Origin: a virus
Lineage: Duplodnaviria > Caudoviricetes
Direction: 5' to 3' (one strand)
DNA length: 64,000 bases
IMG/VR virus record: IMGVR_UViG_2767802241_000002
Coordinates: 1-64,000 of that record
Positions 1-10,264 of the stretch are shown piece after piece. The notes under the pieces are model-generated. The model worked only from the letters and a program-made list of their open reading frames with translations. It made no database searches and was not told where the DNA came from. A program made the translations under genes and the position numbers. Numbering within the stretch: position 1 is the stretch's first letter; every line of letters starts with the position of its first letter.

Positions 1-863
1 TCAACCTTTCAGCATATTTTTGAAAGTTGGCTTATTCGGATTTAAACAATAAGCCACTACAGCAGCCATAATATTTACCATGAAATTATTCACAGAACGA
101 TGACGCGAATGGTCAAGTTGATGTAAGTTTTTTAACTGATCATTCACCGTTTCTATTAATCCTCTTCTGCCAAGCAATTGTTTTTCTTCTTCAGTTCGGA
201 GTGGCTTGTTTTTCATATTCTTACGTGATGGAGTCAATATTTTTAATCCTCTTGCTGCTAAAGCCTCTGTCTTAGCTTTGCTTAAATAGCCTTTATCTCC
301 TAATAAAATGCCTTTTAATTCTTTGGTTAAAGACTCTAGTACAGCAATATCATGGATATTCCCTGATGTTACTTTAATATTAATAATTCACCTAAGTTAT
401 TGATAACCATGTGTAATTTAAAACCATAGAACCACCCAGTACTACTTTTTCCACGATTCGCTAAGCCTTTAAATACGCGGTTTCTTTTAATTCTAAGATT
501 ATGACAAACTACAAGTTTGGTTGAATCAATAATACTAATTCCTGTATCAGTTCCTTTAACCTGATGAAAAAAGCTACTCAAAGCTTGTAAACAACGTGGC
601 ATGATTTCAATAAAACGATTCTAGCTCAGCAGCTTAGGAAATGCTGATTTCCAAAAAGGGATGACCATGTGGCAGTAAAAATATTTAAAGAATCTAAAAC
701 CTGATTGGTGAAATAAGATAACAATTGTCATGATCTCAGATAAACTTAAAGCTGACTTTTGAACTGGCTTATTTTGCTCAGGAATAAGAGCTTTCTCTAG
801 AGATTCGTTAAATATTTTGCAAAAATCATCCACTTTACAGAATAATTCAGTAATATGATCCAT
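1..863 (-). pseudogene. IS982-family DDE transposase, disrupted
   Basis: Three ORF pieces carry IS982 motifs (ITELFCKVDDF, IIDST, GWFYGFKLH, RGLIETVNDQLK). In-frame TAG at 621-623 (LLS*NRFIE) and a 1-nt frameshift near 375-385. Confidence 0.88.
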
Positions 864-955
864 AGAAAAGCCTTGTGTTTTAACTTTTGTCTTAAGAACC
901 AATAAGTTACAAACATTAAGGCTTTTTTTCTACTTTTTTTATGTCGAACTCAGGT
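1..955 (-). mobile_element. IS982-family insertion sequence (left end at ~955; other end outside window)
   Basis: Minus strand begins ACCTGAGTTCGAC at 955, an IS982-type end; transposase fragments follow; it truncates ORF 955-1152. Confidence 0.8.
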
Positions 956-1152
956 TAGCTAGACAAGATTCTTGAGTGAGTCACAAGGGCATCTTCATTG
1001 GTTTCTCGATCTGTCTCATTTAGATCACCCCAATCGCCAGTTTGATGACGTTGCAGTAGGGCTAAAAGGTCTATATTTTTCTTGGTCAGTAGTTCCAAAG
1101 CATTGGGCGTAGACATGACTTGGCTCAAAGCGAATAGACATCGCCTTGTCAT
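955..1152 (-). pseudogene. Small island/plasmid-type hypothetical protein (RHxxGDWGD family), C-terminus cut by IS982
   Basis: LLQRHQTGDWGDL...RILSS motif ends abruptly at the IS end. Confidence 0.6.
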
Positions 1153-1212
1153 AGAAAATCCTCAAATAAAAATTAATGTTAGAAATGTGCTAGGGTTGCT
1201 GTTGTGGTAGAA

Positions 1213-1560
1213 CTAGATCTGAAGGATTTTATGGCGTTCCAATATTGCTGTCGGAACATAGATAAGGATACCTTCATTGTCATTCAACAAAATATAGACC
1301 TCATACCAGTCCTGTTTTTTGTCGACAAATTCGACCTCGCCTAATTGTAATTTTTCAGAAAGACTAAAACTTAGTCCAGTGAATGGCTCCAGTAGGTCGG
1401 CGTCATGCTCACAAACTACAAACCATCCATGTAGAGTAGCTTGATAGGGTTCAGCATATTGCTCAGCAAGAGTATGCATGTGTAAAGCAATACTCCCTCG
1501 TATAGAGTCATTCACAACTTTAGTTAATTCAGAGTGCATCTTGATGTACTGCATTACCAT
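1213..1560 (-). CDS. Hypothetical protein (island gene; IS3 inserted immediately upstream)
   Basis: ORF track 1213..1590; the first codons lie inside the IS end, so start is likely ATG 1560 or 1554. Confidence 0.6.
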   Translation of the reverse strand: MVMQYIKMHSELTKVVNDSIRGSIALHMHTLAEQYAEPYQATLHGWFVVCEHDADLLEPFTGLSFSLSEKLQLGEVEFVDKKQDWYEVYILLNDNEGILIYVPTAILERHKILQI

Positions 1561-1630
1561 CCTCCCTCTCACTGTCAGGATAGTTGTCACCCCCTCTGAA
1601 ACTAAATTTATGAGGGTAAAGGAGTGACAA

Positions 1631-2113
1631 ATGAAACATATTTCATCTGAACGAAAAACGAGTGTCTTAGCTAAATTATTACCACCTTACAATATGACTG
1701 TAGCAGCTGTTGCTCAAATGGAAGGTATTTCTGAATCAACCCTTTATAATTGGCGACAACAAGCTAAAGCCAAAGGAATTCCTGTGCCAGGTACGAATAT
1801 TACAACTGAACAATGGCCTGTCGAGGCTCGATTTGCTGTGATCGTTGAAACTGCAACCATGAGTGAAGCTGAAATTGCTGAATACTGTCGTAAAAAAGGA
1901 CTTTATCCTTCTCAACTCATCGAATGGAAAAGTAATTTCTTAGACATACCTGAAAAAGTCAGTAAAAATGAGCTTAAAAAAGTGAAAAGTGAAAATGCAA
2001 AATTAAAAAGAGAACTGATTCGTAAAGAAAAAGCACTAGCTGAGGCGGCAGCGATTCTGGTTCTTCGAAAAAAGCTCAACGATTATTACGGGGAAGTCGA
2101 CGAGGACAATTAA
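1631..2113 (+). CDS. IS3 transposase OrfA (HTH)
   Basis: HTH (VAQMEGISESTLYNW), C-terminal ALAEAAAILVLRKK; A6G slippery site at 2068-2074. Confidence 0.9.
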   Translation: MKHISSERKTSVLAKLLPPYNMTVAAVAQMEGISESTLYNWRQQAKAKGIPVPGTNITTEQWPVEARFAVIVETATMSEAEIAEYCRKKGLYPSQLIEWKSNFLDIPEKVSKNELKKVKSENAKLKRELIRKEKALAEAAAILVLRKKLNDYYGEVDEDN

Positions 2114-3144
2114 CGAGTATTGATCATCGCCAGCTAATTATTTTATGGATTGGTGAAGCAGTAACAGCAGGTGCGCGCTTAAAAATAGCCCTTAAAGAGG
2201 TTAATTTAAGTTTACGGACTTGGCGTAGATGGCAGAAATCGAGTGAAGATCGTAGAACGACTGTTATCCGCCCAACACCAGTCAACCGATTGAGTATTGA
2301 AGAAGAACAACAGATATTAGAGATCTGTCATCAGCCTCGATATGCTGAGCTTCCACCTTCTCAAATTGTTCCAAGGCTTGCAGATCAAGGCATTTACATC
2401 GCCAGTGAGTCTACATTTTATAGAGTGCTTCGACGCCATGGGGAGATTCATCACCGAGGACGACAGCACAAACCAAGGAACATAAAACCACCGACAACTT
2501 TCAAAGCCCACACCTCATGTCAGGTGTGGAGTTGGGATATTACTTGGCTCCCCTCAAAGGTCCGTGGTCGTTGGTATTACTTGTATCTGATTGAAGATAT
2601 ATTTAGTCGCAAGATTACTGGAGCTGAAGTACATGAAGTTGAGAGTGGTGAGCTTGCGGCTGAACTCGTTCATCGTACGGTACTGCGTGAGCAATGCTAT
2701 CGCCAACCATTAATACTGCATGCAGATAATGGGGCTGCAATGAAATCTCAAACTTTACAGGTGAAGTTAACGGATTTAAATATCTCGCCTTCACACAGTA
2801 GACCGCGGGTGAGTAATGACAATGCCTATGTTGAGTCATTATTTAAGACCTTGAAATACGTACCTTATTGGCCATCGTCAGGCTTTGAAAGTTTAGATCA
2901 AGCCCGAGTTTGGGTTGACGGTTTTATTCACTGGTATAACGAAGAACATCGTCATAGTGGTATTAGTTATGTTACGCCATCACAACGGCATAAAGGTGAG
3001 GATATTGGGTTATTAGCGCAACGGTCTGAAGTATATCGTATAGCGCGAGAAGCAAAACCAGAACGCTGGTCAAAGCAGATTAGAAACTGGCACAGAAAAG
3101 ATGTTGTTATGCTTAATCCTGAGCGATTAAAAATAGCGGCTTAA
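2074..3144 (+). CDS. IS3 transposase OrfB (rve DDE), probably fused to OrfA by -1 frameshift
   Basis: WSWDITW, HADNG, DNAYVESLFKTLK motifs; the -1 frame is open from the slippery site. Confidence 0.88.
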   Translation, partial: AQRLLRGSRRGQLTSIDHRQLIILWIGEAVTAGARLKIALKEVNLSLRTWRRWQKSSEDRRTTVIRPTPVNRLSIEEEQQILEICHQPRYAELPPSQIVPRLADQGIYIASESTFYRVLRRHGEIHHRGRQHKPRNIKPPTTFKAHTSCQVWSWDITWLPSKVRGRWYYLYLIEDIFSRKITGAEVHEVESGELAAELVHRTVLREQCYRQPLILHADNGAAMKSQTLQVKLTDLNISPSHSRPRVSNDNAYVESLFKTLKYVPYWPSSGFESLDQARVWVDGFIHWYNEEHRHSGISYVTPSQRHKGEDIGLLAQRSEVYRIAREAKPERWSKQIRNWHRKDVVMLNPERLKIAA

Positions 3145-3500
3145 AATCAACAAAGGGTGACAACTACCTTGACATTTACCGCCTGAGCCTAACAGGTAAT
3201 TCAAGAAATAGAAAAATCCCCCCAAGCCTTCCGTTTTCCACGCGCTTTACGCCCGATGGTCAAGACCGCAGAGGATACATCTGTGTCGTAGATCGAGTGG
3301 TAAGCCAGAGTGCTAGTCGTGGTCTGTGGGGAAAGCTGAAATGAGTTGAGGAAAGTATTTGCGGTTAGAAAAGACCGCGACTGTTGATAGACCAACGGAC
3401 TATCAAATAAATGGACCACAAAATAGACCGTAAAATCCGATGGGCTAAAAATCGCAGGCAACAAAAAACCTCATAAATCAATGATCTACGAGGTTTAATA

Positions 3501-3577
<77 letters not shown>

Positions 3578-3623
3578 TATAATATCTCAAAGCTTTTGAT
3601 ATCAACTGCTTTGGGTTGAAGTA

Positions 3624-3652
3624 ATACTATCTAATATTTTTAAAATAATCAA
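3624..3652 (-). promoter_or_regulatory. Putative sigma70 promoter reading into the tRNA
   Basis: Minus strand TTGATT-N17-TAGTAT. Confidence 0.5.
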
Positions 3653-3736
3653 CATTTATTTGCAAGTAGACGCATAGTAGACCGCAGAAAATATTGTGCT
3701 ATATTGCGAGGTATTACGGAATCAGTGATTTTAGCC

Positions 3737-4984
3737 ATGTCAACTTCAAGAGTAAAGCTTACCAAGACATTTATTGACCAGTTAGAGATGACACCAGCTA
3801 TTTACCGTGATAGCGAACTAATAGGGTTTGCTCTTAGGGTGAACGCGACATGCAAGACCTATATTGTAGAAAAAAAGATTTTAGGTAAAGCAGTTCGGTC
3901 TACTATCGGTCTACATGGCAACTTAACACTGATTCAAGCTAGAGAGATCGCCCGCGATAAACTTTCACAGATGGCGCAAGGTATAAACCCAAACGATCAA
4001 AAAAGACAAGCCATTATTGATGAAAAAAACAAAGATAACCTTCAACAATCTAAACCTACACTTGCTGTGGCGTATCAAGCTTATTTAGAGTTTAAGGAAT
4101 TAAAACCGAGAACAGTTGAAGACTACAATAAGTCAGTAAATGTATACTTTTCAGATTGGGTGGATTTAAAAATTGATTCAATTACCAGGACAATGATTCA
4201 ATCCAAGCATGCTGAACTATCTAAAGCAAGCAAAGCTCAAGCAAATCTGGCAATGCGTGTGTTCAGGGCAATTTATAATTTTTCTGTCGAGCATTATCTT
4301 GGTGAAGATGACAAGCCAATTCTTGATGCACAGAATCCAACAAAAACACTTAGTGCAAAAAAAACTTGGAACAAGATTCGCCGTAGAAAAACATATATCA
4401 ACGAGGATCAATTGCCAGATTGGATTAAGGCTGTTTTAGAATATCAAGATAGAGGGCAGCAGCTTGAAACGAATAGGGATTTCCTTCTAACACTCATTCT
4501 AACTGGATTTCGACGCCAAGAGTGTGAGTCAATCGCATGGAGCGACGTAGATCTTAGGTACGGCCGCATCACATCAATCGACCCCAAGAATGGTGAGCCT
4601 CACACACTGCCAATGGGTGATTTTTTACTGGCAATGATGACAAAAAGGCGTAGACAAATTACTGGCGATTGGGTATTCCCCTCAGCTAAATCCGCATCCG
4701 GCCATATAGTCAATATATCTAAGGTACGTCAAAAAATTAACAATCAGTGCGGCGTTAAGTTTTCATTTCATGATCTTAGAAGGACTTTTGGATCAATAGC
4801 TGAGAATTTAGATTATGGCCGCTATACAATCAAAAAACTTCTCAACCACAAAGAGGATGGTGATAGGGATGTGACTTCTGGTTACATCCAGGTGAGTGAG
4901 CGGAAACTAAGAGAGGCTATGAATGAAATCGAAAAGACTGTATTGGGTGAATACAGGGATAAGCTGCTTGAAGAGTTGCGATAG
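3737..4984 (+). CDS. int: Tyrosine integrase with N-terminal arm-binding domain
   Basis: TGFRRQE, HDLRRTF, LLNH and TSGY catalytic residues; adjacent to tRNA; ATG 3737 preferred start. Confidence 0.95.
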   Translation: MSTSRVKLTKTFIDQLEMTPAIYRDSELIGFALRVNATCKTYIVEKKILGKAVRSTIGLHGNLTLIQAREIARDKLSQMAQGINPNDQKRQAIIDEKNKDNLQQSKPTLAVAYQAYLEFKELKPRTVEDYNKSVNVYFSDWVDLKIDSITRTMIQSKHAELSKASKAQANLAMRVFRAIYNFSVEHYLGEDDKPILDAQNPTKTLSAKKTWNKIRRRKTYINEDQLPDWIKAVLEYQDRGQQLETNRDFLLTLILTGFRRQECESIAWSDVDLRYGRITSIDPKNGEPHTLPMGDFLLAMMTKRRRQITGDWVFPSAKSASGHIVNISKVRQKINNQCGVKFSFHDLRRTFGSIAENLDYGRYTIKKLLNHKEDGDRDVTSGYIQVSERKLREAMNEIEKTVLGEYRDKLLEELR

Positions 4985-5023
4985 GCACCAAAAAAATAAA
5001 GCCCTTTATTCAAGGGCTTTTCT

Positions 5024-5287
5024 TCATCCGGTGTGTTTGAGTCGATTATCATCCATATATTGCAAAACATCTTGTTTTCTATACAAAACCGTTTTTGCTG
5101 AAGGCTTGGTGAATGGAATGCCGCCACCTTCACATCGCTTCTTTTGTAACCATGGCAGTGAAAGATGGTATACCAAAGAAATAACTTCAGGTGGAAACTC
5201 AGTATCAGGTGATGCATCACGGTAATCACTAATCAGCTCTTTTTTTTGAGCCTCTGTCATTTTATCTATCTTTGTCAATCTTGCCAT
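5024..5287 (-). CDS. Excisionase / HTH DNA-binding protein
   Basis: Small basic protein (WLQKKRCEGGGIPF...VLYRKQDV) convergent with int. Confidence 0.75.
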   Translation of the reverse strand: MARLTKIDKMTEAQKKELISDYRDASPDTEFPPEVISLVYHLSLPWLQKKRCEGGGIPFTKPSAKTVLYRKQDVLQYMDDNRLKHTG

Positions 5288-5985
5288 TACGCCGCAACCC
5301 CCTTAATCTTCTCAACCAACCCAGTAATACGCGTCAACCCGAACGCCGTGACACGCATATGCAAATGCACCTTTTCCTCACCGTATTTATTCACCACTAC
5401 AGGCGATGCTTTATTCACAAACACACCGCTTGCCACTTTGTCAGCATATGGCTGTAGTCGCCCATGTTCTTCTCGATAAATCCACTTTTTATCAATGAGC
5501 AGCTGGATTAATTTACGCTCACCTATTCCAATAGTTTTGGCACAATCACGAATTGTATAAATATTAGTTGTGTCTGCTATTACGTCGAGCGCTTTAGCCT
5601 TAGGTTCCAGCGTTGCAATCTGTGACTGTGCCAACTCAATTTGTTTGGCTTGATCTGCTGCAAGCTGTAATGCTTCCGCGAAAGACTGCGGCACCGCCAA
5701 GCTTTTGAGCTTAGCAAGTACATTTTTACGGACACCTTTAGATTCACGCATACCAATTAAGGTGCATTGATCAATTGTCAGGCTATAAGCAATCGATGTT
5801 GTATTGTTTAAATTTTGAACTACGAAACTTTCGTAGTGCTCACCCTCAAGCTCATCCGCAATGCGATTATTGAAATCATTTAGGCGAACAGGCTTTTCAT
5901 TAAACTCAGCACGAACAGCATTGATTATTTCCAATAAATCTTTGCTGCTCATGGTTTGAGAATTAAAATTAACAATAGCGTTCAT
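5287..5985 (-). CDS. Phage antirepressor, KilAC (ANT) C-terminal domain
   Basis: TMSS N-terminus, PQSFAEALQLAAD linker, C-terminal IRDCAKTIGIGERKL...RVTAFG. Confidence 0.85.
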   Translation of the reverse strand: MNAIVNFNSQTMSSKDLLEIINAVRAEFNEKPVRLNDFNNRIADELEGEHYESFVVQNLNNTTSIAYSLTIDQCTLIGMRESKGVRKNVLAKLKSLAVPQSFAEALQLAADQAKQIELAQSQIATLEPKAKALDVIADTTNIYTIRDCAKTIGIGERKLIQLLIDKKWIYREEHGRLQPYADKVASGVFVNKASPVVVNKYGEEKVHLHMRVTAFGLTRITGLVEKIKGVAA

Positions 5986-6314
5986 TCGACCTCCGCAGCT
6001 TCGATCATGGCTTTTTCAAGAATTGGCTTGTGTTCATACAGTTGAGCGAAACTATCACCACCCATTTGCCACGGATCAATGTCATCATCCATCCAAGACA
6101 AGGCAACTTTTAATGATTCTTTTGGCACCAACACAAAACCTTCCGGCACGGCGTGAGCTTTGACATGCAGCCACATATTCCACGAATCATTGACCCGACT
6201 AACTAAGTACGACCCATCATATTCAAGGAGGTCACTTTTCGCCAAAGGGCAGTCTTTTCTAGATGCAATATAGGCCAACTCAAAAGCCGCCCGTTCTTTT
6301 TGAATATCCATCAC
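5982..6314 (-). CDS. Hypothetical phage protein
   Basis: Coupled ORF in early-left operon; AVPEGFVLVP phage motif. Confidence 0.7.
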   Translation of the reverse strand: MMDIQKERAAFELAYIASRKDCPLAKSDLLEYDGSYLVSRVNDSWNMWLHVKAHAVPEGFVLVPKESLKVALSWMDDDIDPWQMGGDSFAQLYEHKPILEKAMIEAAEVE

Positions 6315-6637
6315 TTCACCTCAAGATTTTTAAAATGCTCACACATATTTTCGAGAATTTGAGCTAGCCACTTTTCTTCACGCTTACCGCATCGGGTTGG
6401 TCTCGTAAAAAGATTAATCAAATGTTCTTTAATCTCGCGCTCAAACCAGCACTCTATGAAGTAATCTTCCAGTCTTTCGTGTCCACAACCACCACGGTAA
6501 GCAGTCCAAGCATGGTCCCAGCAACGTATAGTTATTTGAAAAGCTTGATCTCTATACCAAGTGATAAAGACATCAATTGAATCGACATTGTTTTTAGCAG
6601 GGATGTGGTGAACATGGGTTTTAGGAGTTTGCATCAC
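6311..6637 (-). CDS. Hypothetical phage protein
   Basis: Coupled ORF in early-left operon. Confidence 0.7.
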   Translation of the reverse strand: MMQTPKTHVHHIPAKNNVDSIDVFITWYRDQAFQITIRCWDHAWTAYRGGCGHERLEDYFIECWFEREIKEHLINLFTRPTRCGKREEKWLAQILENMCEHFKNLEVK

Positions 6638-6646
6638 GCCGCCACC

Positions 6647-7021
6647 CTAAAACTTCTTGCCATTTTCTAAAACACGGTTTTCAATCTTGTGATCTGCGCG
6701 ACTTGCATTAAACGCAAGCTTTTCATGTATAGCGCCTTCAAGATCCAGACCAAGACCGCCTGCCATATCACAAATACGAATAACAGCATCAGCAAGCTCT
6801 ACTTCAAGCATAGGGCGGTGTGGTAGCTTGTCGTCCATCAAGTTTTTACGGTAACCCTCCATGGCTTCACTGATTTCCGAATGCACAAGGCATAGCATTT
6901 CAGGAACATTTCGTTTTGCTGGCTCGGTAGCCGTGGATTGAAGTGATTCACCGGTTTGTAGATCAGTCCACCAGCCCGCTTTAACATTTTGTTCATGTAT
7001 CTTTTTAATTAAGTCTTTCAC
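6647..7021 (-). CDS. MazG-like NTP pyrophosphohydrolase
   Basis: LVHSEISEAMEG...EVELADAVIRI all-alpha NTP-PPase motif. Confidence 0.85.
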   Translation of the reverse strand: MKDLIKKIHEQNVKAGWWTDLQTGESLQSTATEPAKRNVPEMLCLVHSEISEAMEGYRKNLMDDKLPHRPMLEVELADAVIRICDMAGGLGLDLEGAIHEKLAFNASRADHKIENRVLENGKKF

Positions 7022-7332
7022 GCCGCCACTCCTAAATATCCCAACTCACGCACCTTTTGCATATTCCGCTTAGTCTGAAATTCAGCCTTAGCCTTTAATT
7101 CACCGATAAAGCCTTTGCCATTTTTCAAATATTGTCTTAAAAACAAATCCAGACGTTCAGCACAATGATCATTAATCACATAGCGCGGCTGTTCTTCCTT
7201 GCCATAAAACACCTTGGCAACGGCGCGACCTTTCTTCATCACAACGCAATCCATTTTAATTTGCGCCTCATAACCGCCGTTTTCCATCCATACGAAGAAT
7301 GGTTGGGCGATGTTTGCTGGTAGAGTTTTCAT
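7018..7332 (-). CDS. Hypothetical phage protein
   Basis: Coupled ORF in early-left operon. Confidence 0.7.
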   Translation of the reverse strand: MKTLPANIAQPFFVWMENGGYEAQIKMDCVVMKKGRAVAKVFYGKEEQPRYVINDHCAERLDLFLRQYLKNGKGFIGELKAKAEFQTKRNMQKVRELGYLGVAA

Positions 7333-8012
7333 GCCGCCTCCAATGCTTTACGCAAATACGGATCAATATCTGACTTGCCTAACAACCATGCTTTATAGTC
7401 AGCTGGCAGTGATGAGATCGGTAAGCCTTTATGCTTTCCAAAAGTGATAGTGGTCGGGATGCGAGCCACCTCAGAAACGGCGTACAAATCTTCAATAGAC
7501 TGAATACTCAGCTCTCTAACAATGCTTTTAAGAATAAATCCAGTCATCAAAACATCATGTTTGGCATTATGCGCATTACGCAGTTTTTGTCGTGCCAAGT
7601 CGCTGCCGTTCATCAACATGTAGAGTAGGGCACTTAGGTTGTGAGCCTCAGCGCTTGGCCATGCTTTACGAGCCAAAGCCAATGTACAAATAGCTTTTAT
7701 GTTCGCCGTATCGATACCACAGCGCTGGATAGCAGCAATGTCATAATCAACGTTATGACCAATGATGTACTCAACATCGCCAGGTAATTCAAAAGTCTTA
7801 TAACTTGGCTTATCTGCAATATCGCTTTCAATGATGTGGTGCACAGCCATAGCGCCGTAAGAGATTGGTTCACCAACGCTATAGAATTCATCAAAACACT
7901 GGTCGGCAAACATGGATGCATTGCCATTTTCCAATTGAAAAGGCACGTATGCGATTTCAACTGGAAGACCATTTAAAGAATGTGTTTCTGTATCTAAAAT
8001 TATTGCTTTCAT
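7329..8012 (-). CDS. DEDDh 3'-5' exonuclease (ExoX-like)
   Basis: ILDTET, GHNVDYD, AHNAKHD, C-terminal TFGKHKG. Confidence 0.9.
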   Translation of the reverse strand: MKAIILDTETHSLNGLPVEIAYVPFQLENGNASMFADQCFDEFYSVGEPISYGAMAVHHIIESDIADKPSYKTFELPGDVEYIIGHNVDYDIAAIQRCGIDTANIKAICTLALARKAWPSAEAHNLSALLYMLMNGSDLARQKLRNAHNAKHDVLMTGFILKSIVRELSIQSIEDLYAVSEVARIPTTITFGKHKGLPISSLPADYKAWLLGKSDIDPYLRKALEAA

Positions 8013-8084
8013 GTATTTCAACCCCAAAGTAAACCTAGCGATGCTAGAGCCAAGTCAAGCAAGGCTCTAATCTGAAGTAGATGT

Positions 8085-8813
8085 CTAGAACGGAAGATCA
8101 TCATCTAAATCTGGTGATTGGCGATTGTTAATAGGTGGTTGATTCTCATAACCTTGCGTATTGCCAAATCCATAATCTGGTTGACCGCCGTAACCTGGTG
8201 ATGAGTTAGAATACCCATTGCCGCTATTTTGATTTTGCTGTGTGCTATTGCCCTTGCGATCAACAGTAGGATTGAGCATTAGGCGATCTAAAGCTTTTGG
8301 AAATAACTCTGCTGTTGTTTTTCGATCAAGTATTTCTTTAGCCATCAGCTTTGTTTTTTCCTGAAATGATGCATAGAAATTCATTTGATGACGTGGTTGG
8401 CCAGATTTATTTGTGTAATTTTCACGCTGCAACAAAAGCCCAACCCGTTTACCTTCAGCTTCAGGAGCAACAACACACACTTGAACAACGCGCTGCTTAG
8501 ACTCAAAGTCATACTTTTCCATTTTTTTATCTGTTGGTGTTAACCCACGGACACCAATACAAGCCAAAAGAGCATTTACTTTATGAGATCCAGATAGTGG
8601 CGTGCCATCTGACTTGGTTGTCCAAATAGTAATATTTGCATGTTCCCTAGAATCTGTTTCAAATTCAATCTCAAAGCCTTGGGTGCCAGTATTTGCGGTA
8701 ATAAACTCCATAGACTTAATTGTTCCGACATATTCACCGCCATTCTCAATTCGGCCGCCCGCATCTGCTTGTTTTGCTGATTCTTGGTCTAAAACAAAAG
8801 GTTGATATTGCAT
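8085..8813 (-). CDS. Phage ssDNA-binding protein (DUF669-like)
   Basis: Follows Sak4-like ATPase; Gly/Gln/Asn tail ending DDDLPF. Confidence 0.75.
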   Translation of the reverse strand: MQYQPFVLDQESAKQADAGGRIENGGEYVGTIKSMEFITANTGTQGFEIEFETDSREHANITIWTTKSDGTPLSGSHKVNALLACIGVRGLTPTDKKMEKYDFESKQRVVQVCVVAPEAEGKRVGLLLQRENYTNKSGQPRHQMNFYASFQEKTKLMAKEILDRKTTAELFPKALDRLMLNPTVDRKGNSTQQNQNSGNGYSNSSPGYGGQPDYGFGNTQGYENQPPINNRQSPDLDDDLPF

Positions 8814-8833
8814 TTTAAAATTCCTATTTATGG

Positions 8834-9511
8834 TTAAGCTGCGTTAGTTTGTTGCTGATCTTGGGTTACAGGTCTGGGGATGTCGTAGTATTCGCAAATG
8901 GCTTGATCGACTGCATTTAAGTCGTTATCTACATGCTCTGACTCAAAAAGCCCCATGGGTGATTTAACAGTCGTATTGCCGTTATTTTTGGTCATAAAAA
9001 CGTACTGTTCATTAATAACAGCGGTTTGTAGGCAGATGGTCACCATGCCCTCTAGCGTAATTTTTTCATCAAGCATCTTGCCGATAGTTTTGATCTTAGT
9101 TCGACCGTCCGTTTCTTCGGTATGACTGAGAATGTAGACGCGTTTATGCTCATGTGCTGTGATAGCTGCATTCAATACATCCCACGCATGGCGACCAATT
9201 TCCGTGAACTTATCAAAGCCACGCTCGACGCTACGACGCATGAACTCATTAGCCATGACGTATTGAAAGTCATCAATAATGACAATTGGGCGCTTTGTGC
9301 CAAGGATTGCTTTAATGATCTCATCGGGTTGATCGCTAACCATGATTGACCCGGTTGGTGTTTCAGGGGTGATGTATTGCCAGCCTTTAGATCTGAATGG
9401 TAGTGGCTTTTTGATTGATTGGATTAATAAAACGTGTTTCGGGTTTAGGTGCGCAAGGCTTGTTGATTTTCCTGTGCCTGATTGCCCTAAAATAAATGTT
9501 GCTATACTCAT
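8834..9511 (-). CDS. AAA_24 / Sak4-like recombination ATPase
   Basis: Walker A GQSGTGKST, IIDDFQY, ILSHTE. Confidence 0.85.
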   Translation of the reverse strand: MSIATFILGQSGTGKSTSLAHLNPKHVLLIQSIKKPLPFRSKGWQYITPETPTGSIMVSDQPDEIIKAILGTKRPIVIIDDFQYVMANEFMRRSVERGFDKFTEIGRHAWDVLNAAITAHEHKRVYILSHTEETDGRTKIKTIGKMLDEKITLEGMVTICLQTAVINEQYVFMTKNNGNTTVKSPMGLFESEHVDNDLNAVDQAICEYYDIPRPVTQDQQQTNAA

Positions 9512-9549
9512 TATTCATTACTCACTATTCAGTATTTATTCTTTATTGC

Positions 9550-10011
9550 TTACGCTTCTACTAGACGGTTTTTCATCATGTAGCCAGCAATCAAAGCATT
9601 GATATTGCGATGATCATTAGAATCAGTGAAATCGCTGAATTCAGTACCATCGCGTGTGGTTACTGTATTCACACTAAGCTGGGTCACATCGATAGCAGTG
9701 AACTCAGAACCTGGTACGCCGTAACTGTCTGGAACTACTTCAAAGTCGAATGACACGTTCAAAACAAAGTCATCGAGCAGAATATTCGCCGTGCCAGAGT
9801 TGTCACCAGTTAAGATAAGGGACTGTAATTCGTAGGTAGAGGGGGCATTCGTTGGAATAGCGGCTGGTGCTTGCACAGCATTAGTATTGAAAGCTGTTAA
9901 GCCAACGAGGCTTAAAGAGCTGACAAGTAATAGAGTACTTAATGGTCGACGGCGTACAAGAGTTGTAACACCCGATAAACCGGGATTGAAAGAAATGGGT
10001 TTTGCGTTCAT
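9550..10011 (-). CDS. First gene of PL operon, membrane-anchored hypothetical protein
   Basis: AGGTGG RBS before ATG 10011; hydrophobic N-terminal segment; near-identical copy at 60658-61122. Confidence 0.75.
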   Translation of the reverse strand: MNAKPISFNPGLSGVTTLVRRRPLSTLLLVSSLSLVGLTAFNTNAVQAPAAIPTNAPSTYELQSLILTGDNSGTANILLDDFVLNVSFDFEVVPDSYGVPGSEFTAIDVTQLSVNTVTTRDGTEFSDFTDSNDHRNINALIAGYMMKNRLVEA

Positions 10012-10082
10012 AATCCACCTGTTGTTAGAAAAAGCCCCGCGTCCGTCCAAAGAGTGGGGCTTTTTGTTGTTTGATGGATATA

Positions 10083-10142
10083 AATATAAGAAATCTTAGT
10101 TTTATTGTCAATAAGAAATCTTATTTTATTTAAGTTAACTTA
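10083..10142 (-). promoter_or_regulatory. PL promoter and OL operators of prophage 1
   Basis: Three TAAG-N4-CTTA palindromes matching OR; minus strand TTGACA-N17-TATATT. Confidence 0.8.
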
Positions 10143-10264
10143 TTTTTTGTGTTTTAATAGACAAAAGAAAACCCGCACGGGGCGGGTAAACAAAAGCGAT
10201 TCCATCCTCAATGTTTTAAGAAAAACAAGGTATGATATGCTTAAGCAGAGGTGTATGTTGGATT

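Larger units (their letters stand above)
1573..3174 (+). mobile_element. IS3-family insertion sequence
   Basis: Inverted repeats TGTCAGGATAGTTGTCACCC (1573) and GGGTGACAACTACCTTGACA (ends 3174) enclose orfA/orfB; true termini could extend a few bases further. Confidence 0.88.

Noticed and set aside
3201-3464. 87-aa minus-strand ORF
   Set aside because: Overlaps att-arm-like repeats, TTG start, no protein-like features
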